Below, one piece after another: positions 1 to 9,963 of a DNA stretch of 64,000 nt. Below the pieces are notes generated by a model that worked only from the letters and a program-made list of their open reading frames with translations, did no database searches and was not told the DNA's origin. Both the position numbers and the translations under genes were made by a program. The stretch lies in IMG/VR virus record IMGVR_UViG_3300042402_007133; one strand, written 5' to 3'. Positions within the stretch are counted from its first letter, which is position 1. Each line of letters opens with the position of its first letter. This DNA is from an uncultured virus (IMG/VR IMGVR_UViG_3300042402_007133) (Duplodnaviria; Heunggongvirae; Uroviricota; Caudoviricetes).

Positions 1-260
1 GTCTCATCTATCGTGGAGAAATGCCGTATGTGTTTAACCTTCAAAGGCGATATTGCAATTACTAAGTCCCTTGGATAGAATATGCCCTTTGAAGGCAGGA
101 TCGCAGGGGAGACTGACTTGTTTCCTGGAACCTCTCTTACGTCTTGTCTTTGTGTTAGGATCTTTTCTAGTGCAGCCTTTGCATTGGTCTCAAGCTCTTC
201 ATCAGACTCTATGAATTTCTTTAGGTAGTCCTCATTCTCCTGATCAAATATGCTATTCAT
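1..260 (-). CDS. Baseplate hub assembly protein (T4 gp26-like), runs off window edge
   Basis: Not in ORF track; manual translation MNSIFDQENEDYLKKF...AILPSKGIFYPRDLVIAISPLKVKHIRHFSTIDE; LPSKGxFYP motif typical of gp26-like proteins; follows tail tube gene. Confidence 0.5.
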   Translation of the reverse strand, partial: MNSIFDQENEDYLKKFIESDEELETNAKAALEKILTQRQDVREVPGNKSVSPAILPSKGIFYPRDLVIAISPLKVKHIRHFSTIDE

Positions 261-288
261 GTCATTTCCTTAATGGTAGTAGGATGTT

Positions 289-297
289 CTATATATC
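289..297 (-). promoter_or_regulatory. Putative late promoter GATATATAG
   Basis: Recurrent motif, about 30 nt upstream of the ATG at 260. Confidence 0.55.
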
Positions 298-306
298 CAT
301 TCATAG

Positions 307-333
307 AAAAAGAGGGCCGATAGGCCCTCTTTT
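307..333. terminator. Intrinsic terminator hairpin
   Basis: AAAA-AGAGGGCC-GATA-GGCCCTCT-TTT, downstream of tail tube gene. Confidence 0.8.
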
Positions 334-354
334 GATCGTATTGTGCTTGTTTTC

Positions 355-960
355 TTATCGGGTGATATTGTCCCAGTAGTCTGCCCTAAATGTAAATCCA
401 GAGATCCTGGAGATCTCAGTTCCCGTATCATAGCTAAGAGCATCGAATGGGGTTGTAAGAGGAGTTGTTGGGAATATCTGCCTGAATGTTATCTGCTTGA
501 TGATTACACCCTTCTTGTTGTAAACAAGGACTGTCATGAGCGTAGGATCATCAGATGTTCCTGCATACTCAGACTTTAATCCAAGCTCACCAGTAAGAGG
601 ATTGTAGACCAAATCTGTCCATGCCTTTAGTGCCTTATAGACATAAGCGCTGTTTGCATTGTCCAAGTTCAGTTCAAAATCAATTGTTATATCAGCAAAT
701 GTTGAATCTGGAAGAGCACCAGCATAAGAACGTGTGACGCCCTTATACTTTTGTGCTACTACTGCTGGTATTTTTTCAATACCACCCAGACCGCCAACGC
801 TGATTACGTTGTCGAGAATCAGCTGGGAGTTTTCCCAGGGTGTTCCCGTCCTTATTGCCGCAGGAGGAGTGATTCGAACCTCAAACAAATTCTTGTATAC
901 CGGTTCAAATGACTGCATTGAAGCCTGGGACAATCTAAAATGTGGAAGACCTGATGCCAT
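355..960 (-). CDS. Tail tube protein (T4 gp19-like)
   Basis: 201 aa directly after sheath gene; NLFEV, YKALKAWTDLVYN, IFPT, FRADYW motifs. Confidence 0.8.
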   Translation of the reverse strand: MASGLPHFRLSQASMQSFEPVYKNLFEVRITPPAAIRTGTPWENSQLILDNVISVGGLGGIEKIPAVVAQKYKGVTRSYAGALPDSTFADITIDFELNLDNANSAYVYKALKAWTDLVYNPLTGELGLKSEYAGTSDDPTLMTVLVYNKKGVIIKQITFRQIFPTTPLTTPFDALSYDTGTEISRISGFTFRADYWDNITR

Positions 961-991
961 ATGTTTATGCTTATTTTTTTATCTTCTTAAA

Positions 992-3900
992 TTAGACTAT
1001 TGTGAAACCGCCAGTTGATATTCCACCAGTCTTGAACACTGTGATTCTGTTGATGATCTTCTGAAGGCCTCTTGCTGGCTCTATTTGAACATCTATGATT
1101 CCAATGTTTTGATCGATGATCGCGGCAGTGTTATTTGTTTCATCCATGATTACGCGGTAATCATAAATTCCACCAGCTGTCCTTACTCCTTCGAGGAAGC
1201 TTGATACCTTGTTCTTTATCTCAAGTCTCGTTGCTTCATCATTGAATTCAAAGAGGAAGTTAGTCAGAGTTGCTTCAATGTTCTGCTCAACCGTGATAAG
1301 AAGATCTCTAACATGCAGGTTGTTGAATGCTGATATTGTCTTCTGGAACGTTGTCTGATTTGCAAAGATCATTGTTCCAACGCCTCTCTTTGTTATGATA
1401 GGATTGAAACCAACTGGCTCCAGGTTTTCTCTATCTGACAAGAAGAGATCTGCTTCAACACCAACAAGATTAGGATTGCTTATCACACCACGCCTTGTTC
1501 CTGCAACTATTGCATAAGGATATCCTGAGATAAACTTCTGAATAAAGTTGTTAGAAACATCTGATGCTGGTGGAACAAGTATGTTCTTGTTGTTTTCCCT
1601 GATCACAAGATATGGGAAGAACACTCCACAGTACTTAGCACCATTTCCTTCATTTGGTAGGGAGAATGTGAACGTTGGTCCAAGGGAAAGATTTCCACCC
1701 TGTGCAATGTATGCTGTGTTTAGAACAGGTCTTGGAACTCCAGCTGCAGGATCAGGAACATCCGTGAACCTAGGATCCGTTGATTCGTAGAACTCCTTCA
1801 TTGAAGGTGGATTCAAGAATGCAAGGCACTTTCCTCTTGACATTGCAAGTCTAGAAAGGATGTTCTTTGCACCCATCTGTGGAGCAAGACCACCATCAAA
1901 TGTATCAACTATGTACCTAAAGTCGATTATGTCTGTGTCTGCAAGAGACTCATACAGGTTTGTATCTTCAAGAACTCCAAGGATCTTCTCAAGCTGAGAT
2001 TCCTTTGTTCCTGTTGCTGAAGGAAGATGATAATCTGTCATGACAAATCCAGAAAGATTTGTCAGCTGGTATGTTGATATCAGACTTTCAATTCCACCAT
2101 ACTTAACAACAGCAGGTGAAGTTGTTTCATCCTTTATGTAAACTGGTTGATTTGTTGTTGCTTGATATGTAATGATACCTGTCACTGAGTTCACCTTCTT
2201 AACCTTTGTCTGAATCTTTGCCATGTGGTAAGAAGGGTTTCCAGACTCATCATAGACGATGCTTACTAGGTAGTCACCAACATTGAATGAAGCACCATTG
2301 CTTTCTGTGAATGTTATTGTGGTCCTTGATGTATCCCAGCTTTGAACAGAAAGATCAGTCAAAAGCGTCTCAGATGATAGAGTTATTGTTACATCACCGG
2401 AGTCTTCGATGTTTGTGTCAACATCCCTTGTGTTAAGATCTGCATCTGTGTAAGGATAGATGTAAAGAATTTCAATTCCGTTTGCATCCTTTCCTCTTTG
2501 ATACTTGAGGTAGCCAGACGGATTTACTGATGTATCACCAGTTTCTACTGCCTCATATGCCTGACCATCAAGAACTGTTGCTGCGTTGTAGTCCTCAAAT
2601 ACTGTAGCATAAGAATATGCAACCCATGCATCATCCTCTGTTCCAACAGTTCCGCCTCTCCAGACCATATCAAATGAATCTGGCTCATAAACAAATGCTA
2701 TGTTGTCTGAACCACCAGAAGTATAGATCCTTGGTGTCACTGTTGAACCAAAAACTACCTTATAGCTTGTCTCAACTGAGTTATCAACAAGTTCTGCAAA
2801 GTTTGTGCTTGGATCGATTGTTACTGTCATTTCATCAGCCGAAGAGTCATATGACGCAGAATCAACTGTCACATAGAAGTACTTTGTTGCATCTGCTGCA
2901 TTTACAACCAATATTTGCTTTCCAGCTGCAAGACCTGCATCGGAAGTCAAATCTGTTGCAGATGGGAACACTATATCAAGTCCAGTCGAAGGACATGGAG
3001 ATATTGTGTACTGTGTGTTGTTCTCTTCTGTTGTCTTAGATGCATGCGTGTAAGCAACCTTAAGATACGTTTCACCGCCCGAAATAACTTCGCCAACAGA
3101 CTTGATCAGACCCCATCTTCCGAGATCTGTATCAGTTGTATTTAGAAGAACAAGGCTCTTTGATGCCGTAACATTTGACTTTATTGCATTGTAATTTGTA
3201 AGTGTAAAGTCAAGATCTGTTGATAGTGGCTTCTTTATGGAAAGAACGTTATCAAACCAACCATAAGCTCCACCAACCTTGCTGCTCTCAATAGAGAACC
3301 ATGTGTTTGATGTGTCACCTTCATACACAGTTGTTGATGCAAAGTTAGGCTGCTGATCATCTGCTGTTGTTGGTGTTAGGTTTGGCGTTATGCCCATCTG
3401 AGCAACATCAATTGCATTTGTGAGAACTTGTCTTGCATTGAAACCATAATCCTTTGTTGATTCAAGGTTTGCCTTGTATGAAAGGAAGTTCATCGTTGAG
3501 AACGTCGTCTCAGTGTCGGCAAAGCTGTGACCAACCATGTCAACCTTGCTTGTTGAATCTGCATAATTTCCTAGTGCATCTCTGTTTATTGCACAGAAAA
3601 GACCTGTTACGCTTGTTGCATTGTTTACAATGGTATCAATTGATTGGTTAACATTATTGTTGTCAATGAAGTCTGGGATTATACAACCAACAAAGCTTCC
3701 AATTGTTATCACATCAGGCGATGCAAGGAAGTTTGTTGCCTGATCTTTCTTAAGACCTTGCTTGTTGAAGAATGTTGAATACACAGGATCTGTTGAAAGA
3801 ACTTCATAGTTGTTCCAATTTCCTTGAACTATATCAATCTGTACAAAATACTCAGAGAGGTTATCCCATTCGTAGATGTAGTCTGGAACAGATTCGTTTA

Positions 3901-4486
3901 TCTGTGAATAGTATTCCTTTGCTGTGATATCATAGCCTGTTATTCCAGTTGCCTTTCTAACCATTATGGATATAGGCTTTTGGCCTACGTTCACAAAATC
4001 AAAAAGCTTTCCTTCGTTAAGGGCATTTGTGTTGGCAACAGCAATGAGATTTTCTTCAGAAAGCTTATAGAATCTATCTGTGTCGTAAAAGCTCTCGTAT
4101 AGGCTTCGTGCTTTTACACCATTTGATTCACCAGCAGATAGGGAGTATGCAGTGTAATCAACTGCATCGCCGCCATCATAAATTGGCTTATTATTTAATG
4201 GTAGAAGGTTGATAGCATACACTGGGCCTAGCCTCAATGCAGTGTTAAGAGATCTGTGGAAGAATGAACCTCTAGTTTCAAGGAACTTATCTACGTCCCC
4301 AAATATCGTTTTTGCATCCTTTGCATCTCTCAGAAATACTGGAGTGTTGAAAGGGCCCTTCCTTGAAAAGCCAACAACCAATCGAAGGGTGTTTGTGTTG
4401 ACGACTATCCTTTCGCTAGCATCGAATTCTACAGTGTAGACTCCACTAGCTTTGAACCTATTTAGATCAAGGGTTACTGTTGCCAT
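992..4486 (-). CDS. Contractile tail sheath protein (T4 gp18-like), 1164 aa
   Basis: SGVYTVEFD and GFSRKGPFNTPV N-terminus; AGTRRG, GFNPI, LHVRDLLI, LFEFND, DETNNT C-terminal sheath motifs. Confidence 0.92.
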   Translation of the reverse strand: MATVTLDLNRFKASGVYTVEFDASERIVVNTNTLRLVVGFSRKGPFNTPVFLRDAKDAKTIFGDVDKFLETRGSFFHRSLNTALRLGPVYAINLLPLNNKPIYDGGDAVDYTAYSLSAGESNGVKARSLYESFYDTDRFYKLSEENLIAVANTNALNEGKLFDFVNVGQKPISIMVRKATGITGYDITAKEYYSQINESVPDYIYEWDNLSEYFVQIDIVQGNWNNYEVLSTDPVYSTFFNKQGLKKDQATNFLASPDVITIGSFVGCIIPDFIDNNNVNQSIDTIVNNATSVTGLFCAINRDALGNYADSTSKVDMVGHSFADTETTFSTMNFLSYKANLESTKDYGFNARQVLTNAIDVAQMGITPNLTPTTADDQQPNFASTTVYEGDTSNTWFSIESSKVGGAYGWFDNVLSIKKPLSTDLDFTLTNYNAIKSNVTASKSLVLLNTTDTDLGRWGLIKSVGEVISGGETYLKVAYTHASKTTEENNTQYTISPCPSTGLDIVFPSATDLTSDAGLAAGKQILVVNAADATKYFYVTVDSASYDSSADEMTVTIDPSTNFAELVDNSVETSYKVVFGSTVTPRIYTSGGSDNIAFVYEPDSFDMVWRGGTVGTEDDAWVAYSYATVFEDYNAATVLDGQAYEAVETGDTSVNPSGYLKYQRGKDANGIEILYIYPYTDADLNTRDVDTNIEDSGDVTITLSSETLLTDLSVQSWDTSRTTITFTESNGASFNVGDYLVSIVYDESGNPSYHMAKIQTKVKKVNSVTGIITYQATTNQPVYIKDETTSPAVVKYGGIESLISTYQLTNLSGFVMTDYHLPSATGTKESQLEKILGVLEDTNLYESLADTDIIDFRYIVDTFDGGLAPQMGAKNILSRLAMSRGKCLAFLNPPSMKEFYESTDPRFTDVPDPAAGVPRPVLNTAYIAQGGNLSLGPTFTFSLPNEGNGAKYCGVFFPYLVIRENNKNILVPPASDVSNNFIQKFISGYPYAIVAGTRRGVISNPNLVGVEADLFLSDRENLEPVGFNPIITKRGVGTMIFANQTTFQKTISAFNNLHVRDLLITVEQNIEATLTNFLFEFNDEATRLEIKNKVSSFLEGVRTAGGIYDYRVIMDETNNTAAIIDQNIGIIDVQIEPARGLQKIINRITVFKTGGISTGGFTIV

Positions 4487-4515
4487 TGCGTGATTTTTTT
4501 TCTAGTTCTATTTTC

Positions 4516-4524
4516 GTATATATC
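4516..4524 (-). promoter_or_regulatory. Putative late promoter GATATATAC
   Basis: About 30 nt upstream of sheath start codon. Confidence 0.6.
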
Positions 4525-4538
4525 ACGCAGCAGAAAAA

Positions 4539-6437
4539 TTACAGAGTAAAATTAAGATTTGGTGGGCGCTCAGGCTTAAATTCAGCATCAAACAGATTAA
4601 ATGCATCCCCAATAGAAAATCCTCCATCATCTTGGTTGTCTAATGTGCTATAAATGCTCTCCTGTATGCTATTTTTTATGCTTTCATCGATGCTATCAAA
4701 CAAATCCTCAACCTGCAGCAAGAAGTCCTCTCCTGCTGGTTGTCCATCAATGTCAAAGTCTAAGAGGTATGGACAAAGATTAACGCATGTCATTGCAACA
4801 TCATCATGGTGTGCTGAGTCTGCAGCATAGGAGGCATCAGTCTTCTGGAAATTTATAAGCTCCTCACAAGTTGTTTTTTCATAAATTCGTATCTTTCCAA
4901 TCTGCTCAAGACGCTTAAATGTAGTGCAGAAGAGATTCTTGTTATCCCTTTTTATCCTGACGCCTGGCTTCTTCTTCTTTGAGTCCTTTGTGTGTCGTGT
5001 ATGAACAAAGATATCTTCAAAAACGTCATCCATGTATTTTGGATCATTCAAGACCCTAGAAATGAAATAATCGCCCTTAAAGTTTATCTCTACTATGGCC
5101 TTAGTATTATCAACGCCTAAGTAGTTCACAAGGACTTCCGCAAATATCCTTGCTGCATTCTCAATGGAGACCCTATTATCCTTAAATAGGGCTATCTGGC
5201 TTAGATAGAAGAAGTCGCTCTCCTGGGTTGGATTCTTTACCTTTTTGAGATCATCATCTTTCCTGATCCTAAGCTCAAATATGTTGAATACGGTTGAGTC
5301 ACGACCATTTCCATCGGCAAGGTCAACGGAGATGGCAAACCTCTTTCCATCAAAGTCAAAGTCAAAGTCTGGGTCCCAAACAAGCCCATCATGGTTTATG
5401 TCAAGATCGTGTATCTCTGGTATCTCTCGCCACTCATAATGCTTCTGACCGTTCTTCAACCTTTCTATCTGCTCTTCTGACAAGAGCATCTTAGATCCAG
5501 TAAAGAACTTTAGGCCGTACTCAGTCTCAAACTTTTCCTGACCATTTATGCCAAGGTTCTGTATTTCCTTTTGCTTCCATGCCTCATCTCTTCCCGGAAC
5601 TTCCCAGTAATCGATCCTTGAGGATTTGTATTCGTTTGTTCCATTAACACCTCCCATGTAGAGATCATAGAAGAGGTTAGGACCATTTGGCGTGCTTGTT
5701 ATTATGACCTGAGAGACTTTTGATGAAGATAGCGTAGGGTATATGGATGTATAGAATGCCTCAGCAATGTTATCAGGAACGAATGCAAACTCGTCAGCAT
5801 AAAGCAGGTGAACTGTTTTACCACGACCAGAGCTCTTGGTTGTTGTTTCTGCAAATATCTTGCATCCATTATCGAAGTACATCGTTTGAACATTGTTAAC
5901 AACGATGCCAGGTTTTAAGAAGTAAGGAAGCCTATCATAGACGTCCTTTATCTTTTCCATGATCTCTTTTGATGTTGCACCTTTGTTTGCAAGAATCAGA
6001 ACGTTTCTGTCAACATGGAAGCATATGTACCATGTGATGTAGATCGCAGATGTAATTGTTTTTCCTACCTGGCGGCTTGCGAGTAGGGCAACATATCGAT
6101 TGTTCTGGAAATCAGCAAGAGTTCTTACTTGATAGTCACGGAGGGTTATCTTCTGTATACCCTGGTCTGTCATTGCACTTGCATACTTGTCTGCAAAATA
6201 AACCACATCTCTTGCACACCTCTTGAATTCTTCAATCTCTTCTTGTGTGTACTGGAATGGAAGGTTTGGTGCCTTTTTACCTATGTCACCATCTATGAAC
6301 GGAGGCGTGCCAAGTTTTTCGCCTTTGCTATACTGTTCAAAGTATGTGTCTATCTTGTTTGTTGACCAAACAGATGATAGTTTTTCTTTTGCTTCGTCAG
6401 TATCGTGTACCGTTATCTTTGTAAAAAGCTTTGACAT
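4539..6437 (-). CDS. Terminase large subunit (T4 gp17-like)
   Basis: LRDYQ, SRQVGKT (Walker A), YADEFAF (Walker B), STPNG, SVDLADG, HDDVAM. Confidence 0.95.
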   Translation of the reverse strand: MSKLFTKITVHDTDEAKEKLSSVWSTNKIDTYFEQYSKGEKLGTPPFIDGDIGKKAPNLPFQYTQEEIEEFKRCARDVVYFADKYASAMTDQGIQKITLRDYQVRTLADFQNNRYVALLASRQVGKTITSAIYITWYICFHVDRNVLILANKGATSKEIMEKIKDVYDRLPYFLKPGIVVNNVQTMYFDNGCKIFAETTTKSSGRGKTVHLLYADEFAFVPDNIAEAFYTSIYPTLSSSKVSQVIITSTPNGPNLFYDLYMGGVNGTNEYKSSRIDYWEVPGRDEAWKQKEIQNLGINGQEKFETEYGLKFFTGSKMLLSEEQIERLKNGQKHYEWREIPEIHDLDINHDGLVWDPDFDFDFDGKRFAISVDLADGNGRDSTVFNIFELRIRKDDDLKKVKNPTQESDFFYLSQIALFKDNRVSIENAARIFAEVLVNYLGVDNTKAIVEINFKGDYFISRVLNDPKYMDDVFEDIFVHTRHTKDSKKKKPGVRIKRDNKNLFCTTFKRLEQIGKIRIYEKTTCEELINFQKTDASYAADSAHHDDVAMTCVNLCPYLLDFDIDGQPAGEDFLLQVEDLFDSIDESIKNSIQESIYSTLDNQDDGGFSIGDAFNLFDAEFKPERPPNLNFTL

Positions 6438-6446
6438 CTAACATTT

Positions 6447-7046
6447 TTATTCACCTGAAGCTTGATCATCTATCTCTTGTTTAAGCTTCATGAGTATGTC
6501 CCTTGACCCTCTTGATATCTCAACATCCATGTCTGACTTTGTTAATGTTTGTGCCTGCTGTGTTATTGATCTCCCAGATGGAGAAGACGTGTCCGTCCTC
6601 ATCATCCATTGGTTTGCAAGAGACTTGTAGCTATCATTTAGATAAACCTGCATGAGAGCAAGCTGCTGGTTATACTCTTTCTTCTTTGATATAAGGGACG
6701 TCTGCGTATCAATGAGCCTAGGCGTTATGTTTCCTTGGTCTATCTCTGCTAGAACCTTCTTTAGAGTGTATGATGAGCTGACTATGCAAAACATTATGTC
6801 TGCTAGATTGTCTATGTCAACAAGCCTCTTTTGAACCATTACTGACTCAGATTTGAAATCGTCCTGCACATAAAAGTTTATTATTGAGTCAACCGTCATC
6901 TCAGCTTGTTTCCTTATATCCTCTTGGAGAACATCAAAATCAACATAGACCTGTTGGGCAGGCTGCATTGGATTTCCTCTCTCCATAGGATTTATGGAGC
7001 CAAAGTTCTTGGCCATGCTTTCTAATTCATCTAATATGTTGCTCAT
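6447..7046 (-). CDS. Putative terminase small subunit
   Basis: Helical 199-aa ORF immediately upstream of terminase large subunit; mainly positional. Confidence 0.4.
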   Translation of the reverse strand: MSNILDELESMAKNFGSINPMERGNPMQPAQQVYVDFDVLQEDIRKQAEMTVDSIINFYVQDDFKSESVMVQKRLVDIDNLADIMFCIVSSSYTLKKVLAEIDQGNITPRLIDTQTSLISKKKEYNQQLALMQVYLNDSYKSLANQWMMRTDTSSPSGRSITQQAQTLTKSDMDVEISRGSRDILMKLKQEIDDQASGE

Positions 7047-7058
7047 TGTGGGGATTCC

Positions 7059-9095
7059 TTATACAGACTTTCCAATGTATGGACTTCTGATCTGTGGTAT
7101 TGCATTATCAATTATCATTCCAGACTCTGCATCTAGAACGATAGTCTGGTTTAGGAACATGGACTGCTGTTCCTCTGGAATTATTGTATCCATCAACCTT
7201 ATGTTAGTTATGACACTAGGACCTGCCCTGAGGACATACTTAGCAGTGGATGATAGATTTGTATATGTTGGTGATTCCTGGAGGCTTGAGTACACAAGAT
7301 CAAGGTCAACTGTTTCGTTAGGATCTGACATCTTCCAGATGTTGAGGAGCGTCTGATTAAACTCCTTGGATCTTGAATATGCAAGTGCATAGAATGTTGA
7401 TGTATCCAATGGATCTGCCGATCCTGCTGACTCAACGTCATACCAGGTCTCAATATCTCCAAACTTCACAAGGAAGTATCTTAAATTATAGCTGCTTATC
7501 TCAAATAGGTTATCTCCTGTAATGAAGTAGTTCTTGTATGTCTTCTTGAATCTTACCTGCCATGAAGCAGGAACCGTAAACCATTGGCCATAGTTCTGTT
7601 CTATGTAACCTCTCCAGACATTCAGATCTGAATCATAGTAGAGGAAGTAGTCAGAAGGAGGATCGCAGATGTATTCCCAGTTTGCCCCAACTCGTACAAC
7701 TTCAACAACATTAAGAGGGAAAGAGAAGCTGTTCCTTATTGAATACATTGTTATTGTATCTCCTGCAGAAACATCCTTTATCTCTTGATTAAGTATTATG
7801 GAAACGTATCCATTTGAAGTCGATCTATTTATGGAAACAAAGTTATCTTCATATGTTTTGACAGAAACTGCTGGAGAGTTGTCCTTAAACCAGGCAGTGA
7901 ACGTTCTATTGGAGTTTGATGGCCAATTGAATGTAAGATCGTACTCAACTCCTATGTCATAGCCCTGTCCTGTTTCTGGGAGTATCGATGACATGTCATA
8001 CCTGAAGTTTGTCAGTATATTGAAGTAGTTTTCCAGGTTCTGTTCTATGATGACCAGGTTTGGATTTATGGAAGATCTCAATAGGTCAAACTGTACTGAT
8101 TTTTCTGTGAACTGTTGTTTATCTGTATACTTCTTCTCTTGCAGGTCCTGCTCTTCTTGAAAGAGTTCCTTTGTGTTCTTTGCTATTTCGTCAAGATTGA
8201 GAAGCGGGTTCTCTGAGTCTGGAACTGTTGAAGGAACAATGACGTTGGTCTTTCTTGGCGACCACTTATAGAGGGATACTTTGTAAAACAGCTGAGTCTG
8301 CATGAAGTTCCTGCTTAAATAGGAATCCATGACCTCATAAATCTTATCCATCAGAGGGAAGTAAACAATATCTCTTTTTTGGGGCTTTGCACCCTCGCCA
8401 AATATAGATTCAAAGTACTTCTTATCAATGTGAACTTCAAATGGAATTCCAGAGAAGTCAACACCAAACGGAGAGAAGTTGTAGTTTGCATCTGGAAGTT
8501 CATTGTTTGGAACAACGATCTTTAGACATTTTGCAGGTTGAACATTCTGCAGTGCATACTCTCTCAGTATTACGTCTGTTCCAAAGTCATCTACTGTTGC
8601 CCTATAGTAGTTTGATTCAATCCCAAACTGCTTATTTATGATCGTTGATAGACCCTGGACCATCTGAATGACTTCTCCTACAGCATATGGATTGTAGTTG
8701 AAGGAGTTCAGAAACATTGTACCCTTTACATTTCCTATTCTGTATGCATTAAAGACTGGATTAGGCTTTGCTGGCACAGGTGGAAGAGCGTACTGTGTTG
8801 TGTTGAGCGCAATTGAATCTATAGTGACAGGAGATCCTGAATCTAGCGTGTATCTAAACTTTGCCCAGACTTCTGGAGATGGCACTGTTACCAATGAATA
8901 ATTATCAGGATTTGTGAGGTCCTCATATGCAGAAAAGCTCTTGTTATCAAAAGACCAGCTAAACTCCTTTGTCAACACAGAATCTGGACCAGTAGCTACT
9001 GTGTCAGTAAACCCATCAACAGATCCCACAAGATCATATGGTGTGTTAGAAACAAATATGGCATAGTCGCCTGGATTCTGAAGAGTTGTTGGCAT
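7059..9095 (-). CDS. Neck/head-closure protein (T4 gp14-like core) with extra domains
   Basis: PFEVHIDKKYF...PQKRDIVYFPLMDKIYEV resembles the gp14 PxxGDLIYFP motif; start moved to ATG 9095, just after AATATATAG (9100-9108). Confidence 0.6.
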   Translation of the reverse strand: MPTTLQNPGDYAIFVSNTPYDLVGSVDGFTDTVATGPDSVLTKEFSWSFDNKSFSAYEDLTNPDNYSLVTVPSPEVWAKFRYTLDSGSPVTIDSIALNTTQYALPPVPAKPNPVFNAYRIGNVKGTMFLNSFNYNPYAVGEVIQMVQGLSTIINKQFGIESNYYRATVDDFGTDVILREYALQNVQPAKCLKIVVPNNELPDANYNFSPFGVDFSGIPFEVHIDKKYFESIFGEGAKPQKRDIVYFPLMDKIYEVMDSYLSRNFMQTQLFYKVSLYKWSPRKTNVIVPSTVPDSENPLLNLDEIAKNTKELFQEEQDLQEKKYTDKQQFTEKSVQFDLLRSSINPNLVIIEQNLENYFNILTNFRYDMSSILPETGQGYDIGVEYDLTFNWPSNSNRTFTAWFKDNSPAVSVKTYEDNFVSINRSTSNGYVSIILNQEIKDVSAGDTITMYSIRNSFSFPLNVVEVVRVGANWEYICDPPSDYFLYYDSDLNVWRGYIEQNYGQWFTVPASWQVRFKKTYKNYFITGDNLFEISSYNLRYFLVKFGDIETWYDVESAGSADPLDTSTFYALAYSRSKEFNQTLLNIWKMSDPNETVDLDLVYSSLQESPTYTNLSSTAKYVLRAGPSVITNIRLMDTIIPEEQQSMFLNQTIVLDAESGMIIDNAIPQIRSPYIGKSV

Positions 9096-9123
9096 AAGGC
9101 TATATATTTGTTGCCATTTTAAC

Positions 9124-9158
9124 AAAAAAATCTCCTATACAAATGTACAGGAGATTTT
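9124..9158 (-). terminator. Intrinsic terminator
   Basis: AAAATCTCCTRTAC inverted repeat with T-tract on minus strand. Confidence 0.75.
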
Positions 9159-9178
9159 AATGGATTTGGTCTTTGTTA

Positions 9179-9880
9179 TTAGCCTCTTGGTTTGATGTCA
9201 ACTGTGTCCTTCCTTCCAGATTTTCCACGTTTTGCACGTGCATCAATCCAGGATTTAAGAACAAGCTTTTGCTCAGAAGAAAGGATCTTTTCTAGTTGGT
9301 TTATGAAATCTGTGTCGCATGCCTTTATGCATTCTCGAACATTTGTGCGCATTGGAAGATTTTTAAGTGCATCGGCCACTCTCTTCTTTAATGATGCCAG
9401 CTTTTCACGTGCTTGGGCCTTTGTTATTTTTCCTTCACTCAATGCCTTCTTAATTTGTGCCTCAGCTAATTTAGCATTTCTAAAAATTTCAGATTCAGCA
9501 TCCTTAAGCGGCTTTACACAATTATCAACACACATTCTATGCTTTATAAGAAGTGCTTCTACAGTTTTTCTTTGTTCCAGTGAAAGATTAAGTTTAACTA
9601 AGAGATCACCAAATATTGTTGGTGGTGCCTTTCTTATTGTATCTTTGCGACCAGTTTCTGATGTATCTTTCTTGCGTTCCGATGTATCACGTTTGCGATC
9701 GTTTGAATCCTTTCTTACAGAATCCTTATTTGGACGTTCCTTTACTTCCTCTGCCTGAATGTAGGAGTCATTGGTGATGTATACTGCCTGTGGTTCAACT
9801 GGCTGATTTATCACATCTGTGCATGAAGGAATTGATATTACCGCAAAGGTTAAAAGAACTGTTAAAATTACATTTTTCAT
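9179..9880 (-). CDS. Lipoprotein, helical and basic, unknown function
   Basis: Signal peptide ending IPSC; two CxxC pairs (CVDNC, CIKAC); short RKDT repeats. Confidence 0.7.
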   Translation of the reverse strand: MKNVILTVLLTFAVISIPSCTDVINQPVEPQAVYITNDSYIQAEEVKERPNKDSVRKDSNDRKRDTSERKKDTSETGRKDTIRKAPPTIFGDLLVKLNLSLEQRKTVEALLIKHRMCVDNCVKPLKDAESEIFRNAKLAEAQIKKALSEGKITKAQAREKLASLKKRVADALKNLPMRTNVRECIKACDTDFINQLEKILSSEQKLVLKSWIDARAKRGKSGRKDTVDIKPRG

Positions 9881-9963
9881 ACTAATCCTTGTTTTAAGAA
9901 TACATTAACAACTGAATATTGAATAATCCATTTTGCTAGAAAAGGTTACAATTACATGGTATT

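Noticed and set aside
9136..9147. TACATTTG (minus strand) as a Bacteroidota -7 promoter
   Set aside because: Lies in the stem-loop of a terminator; probably coincidental
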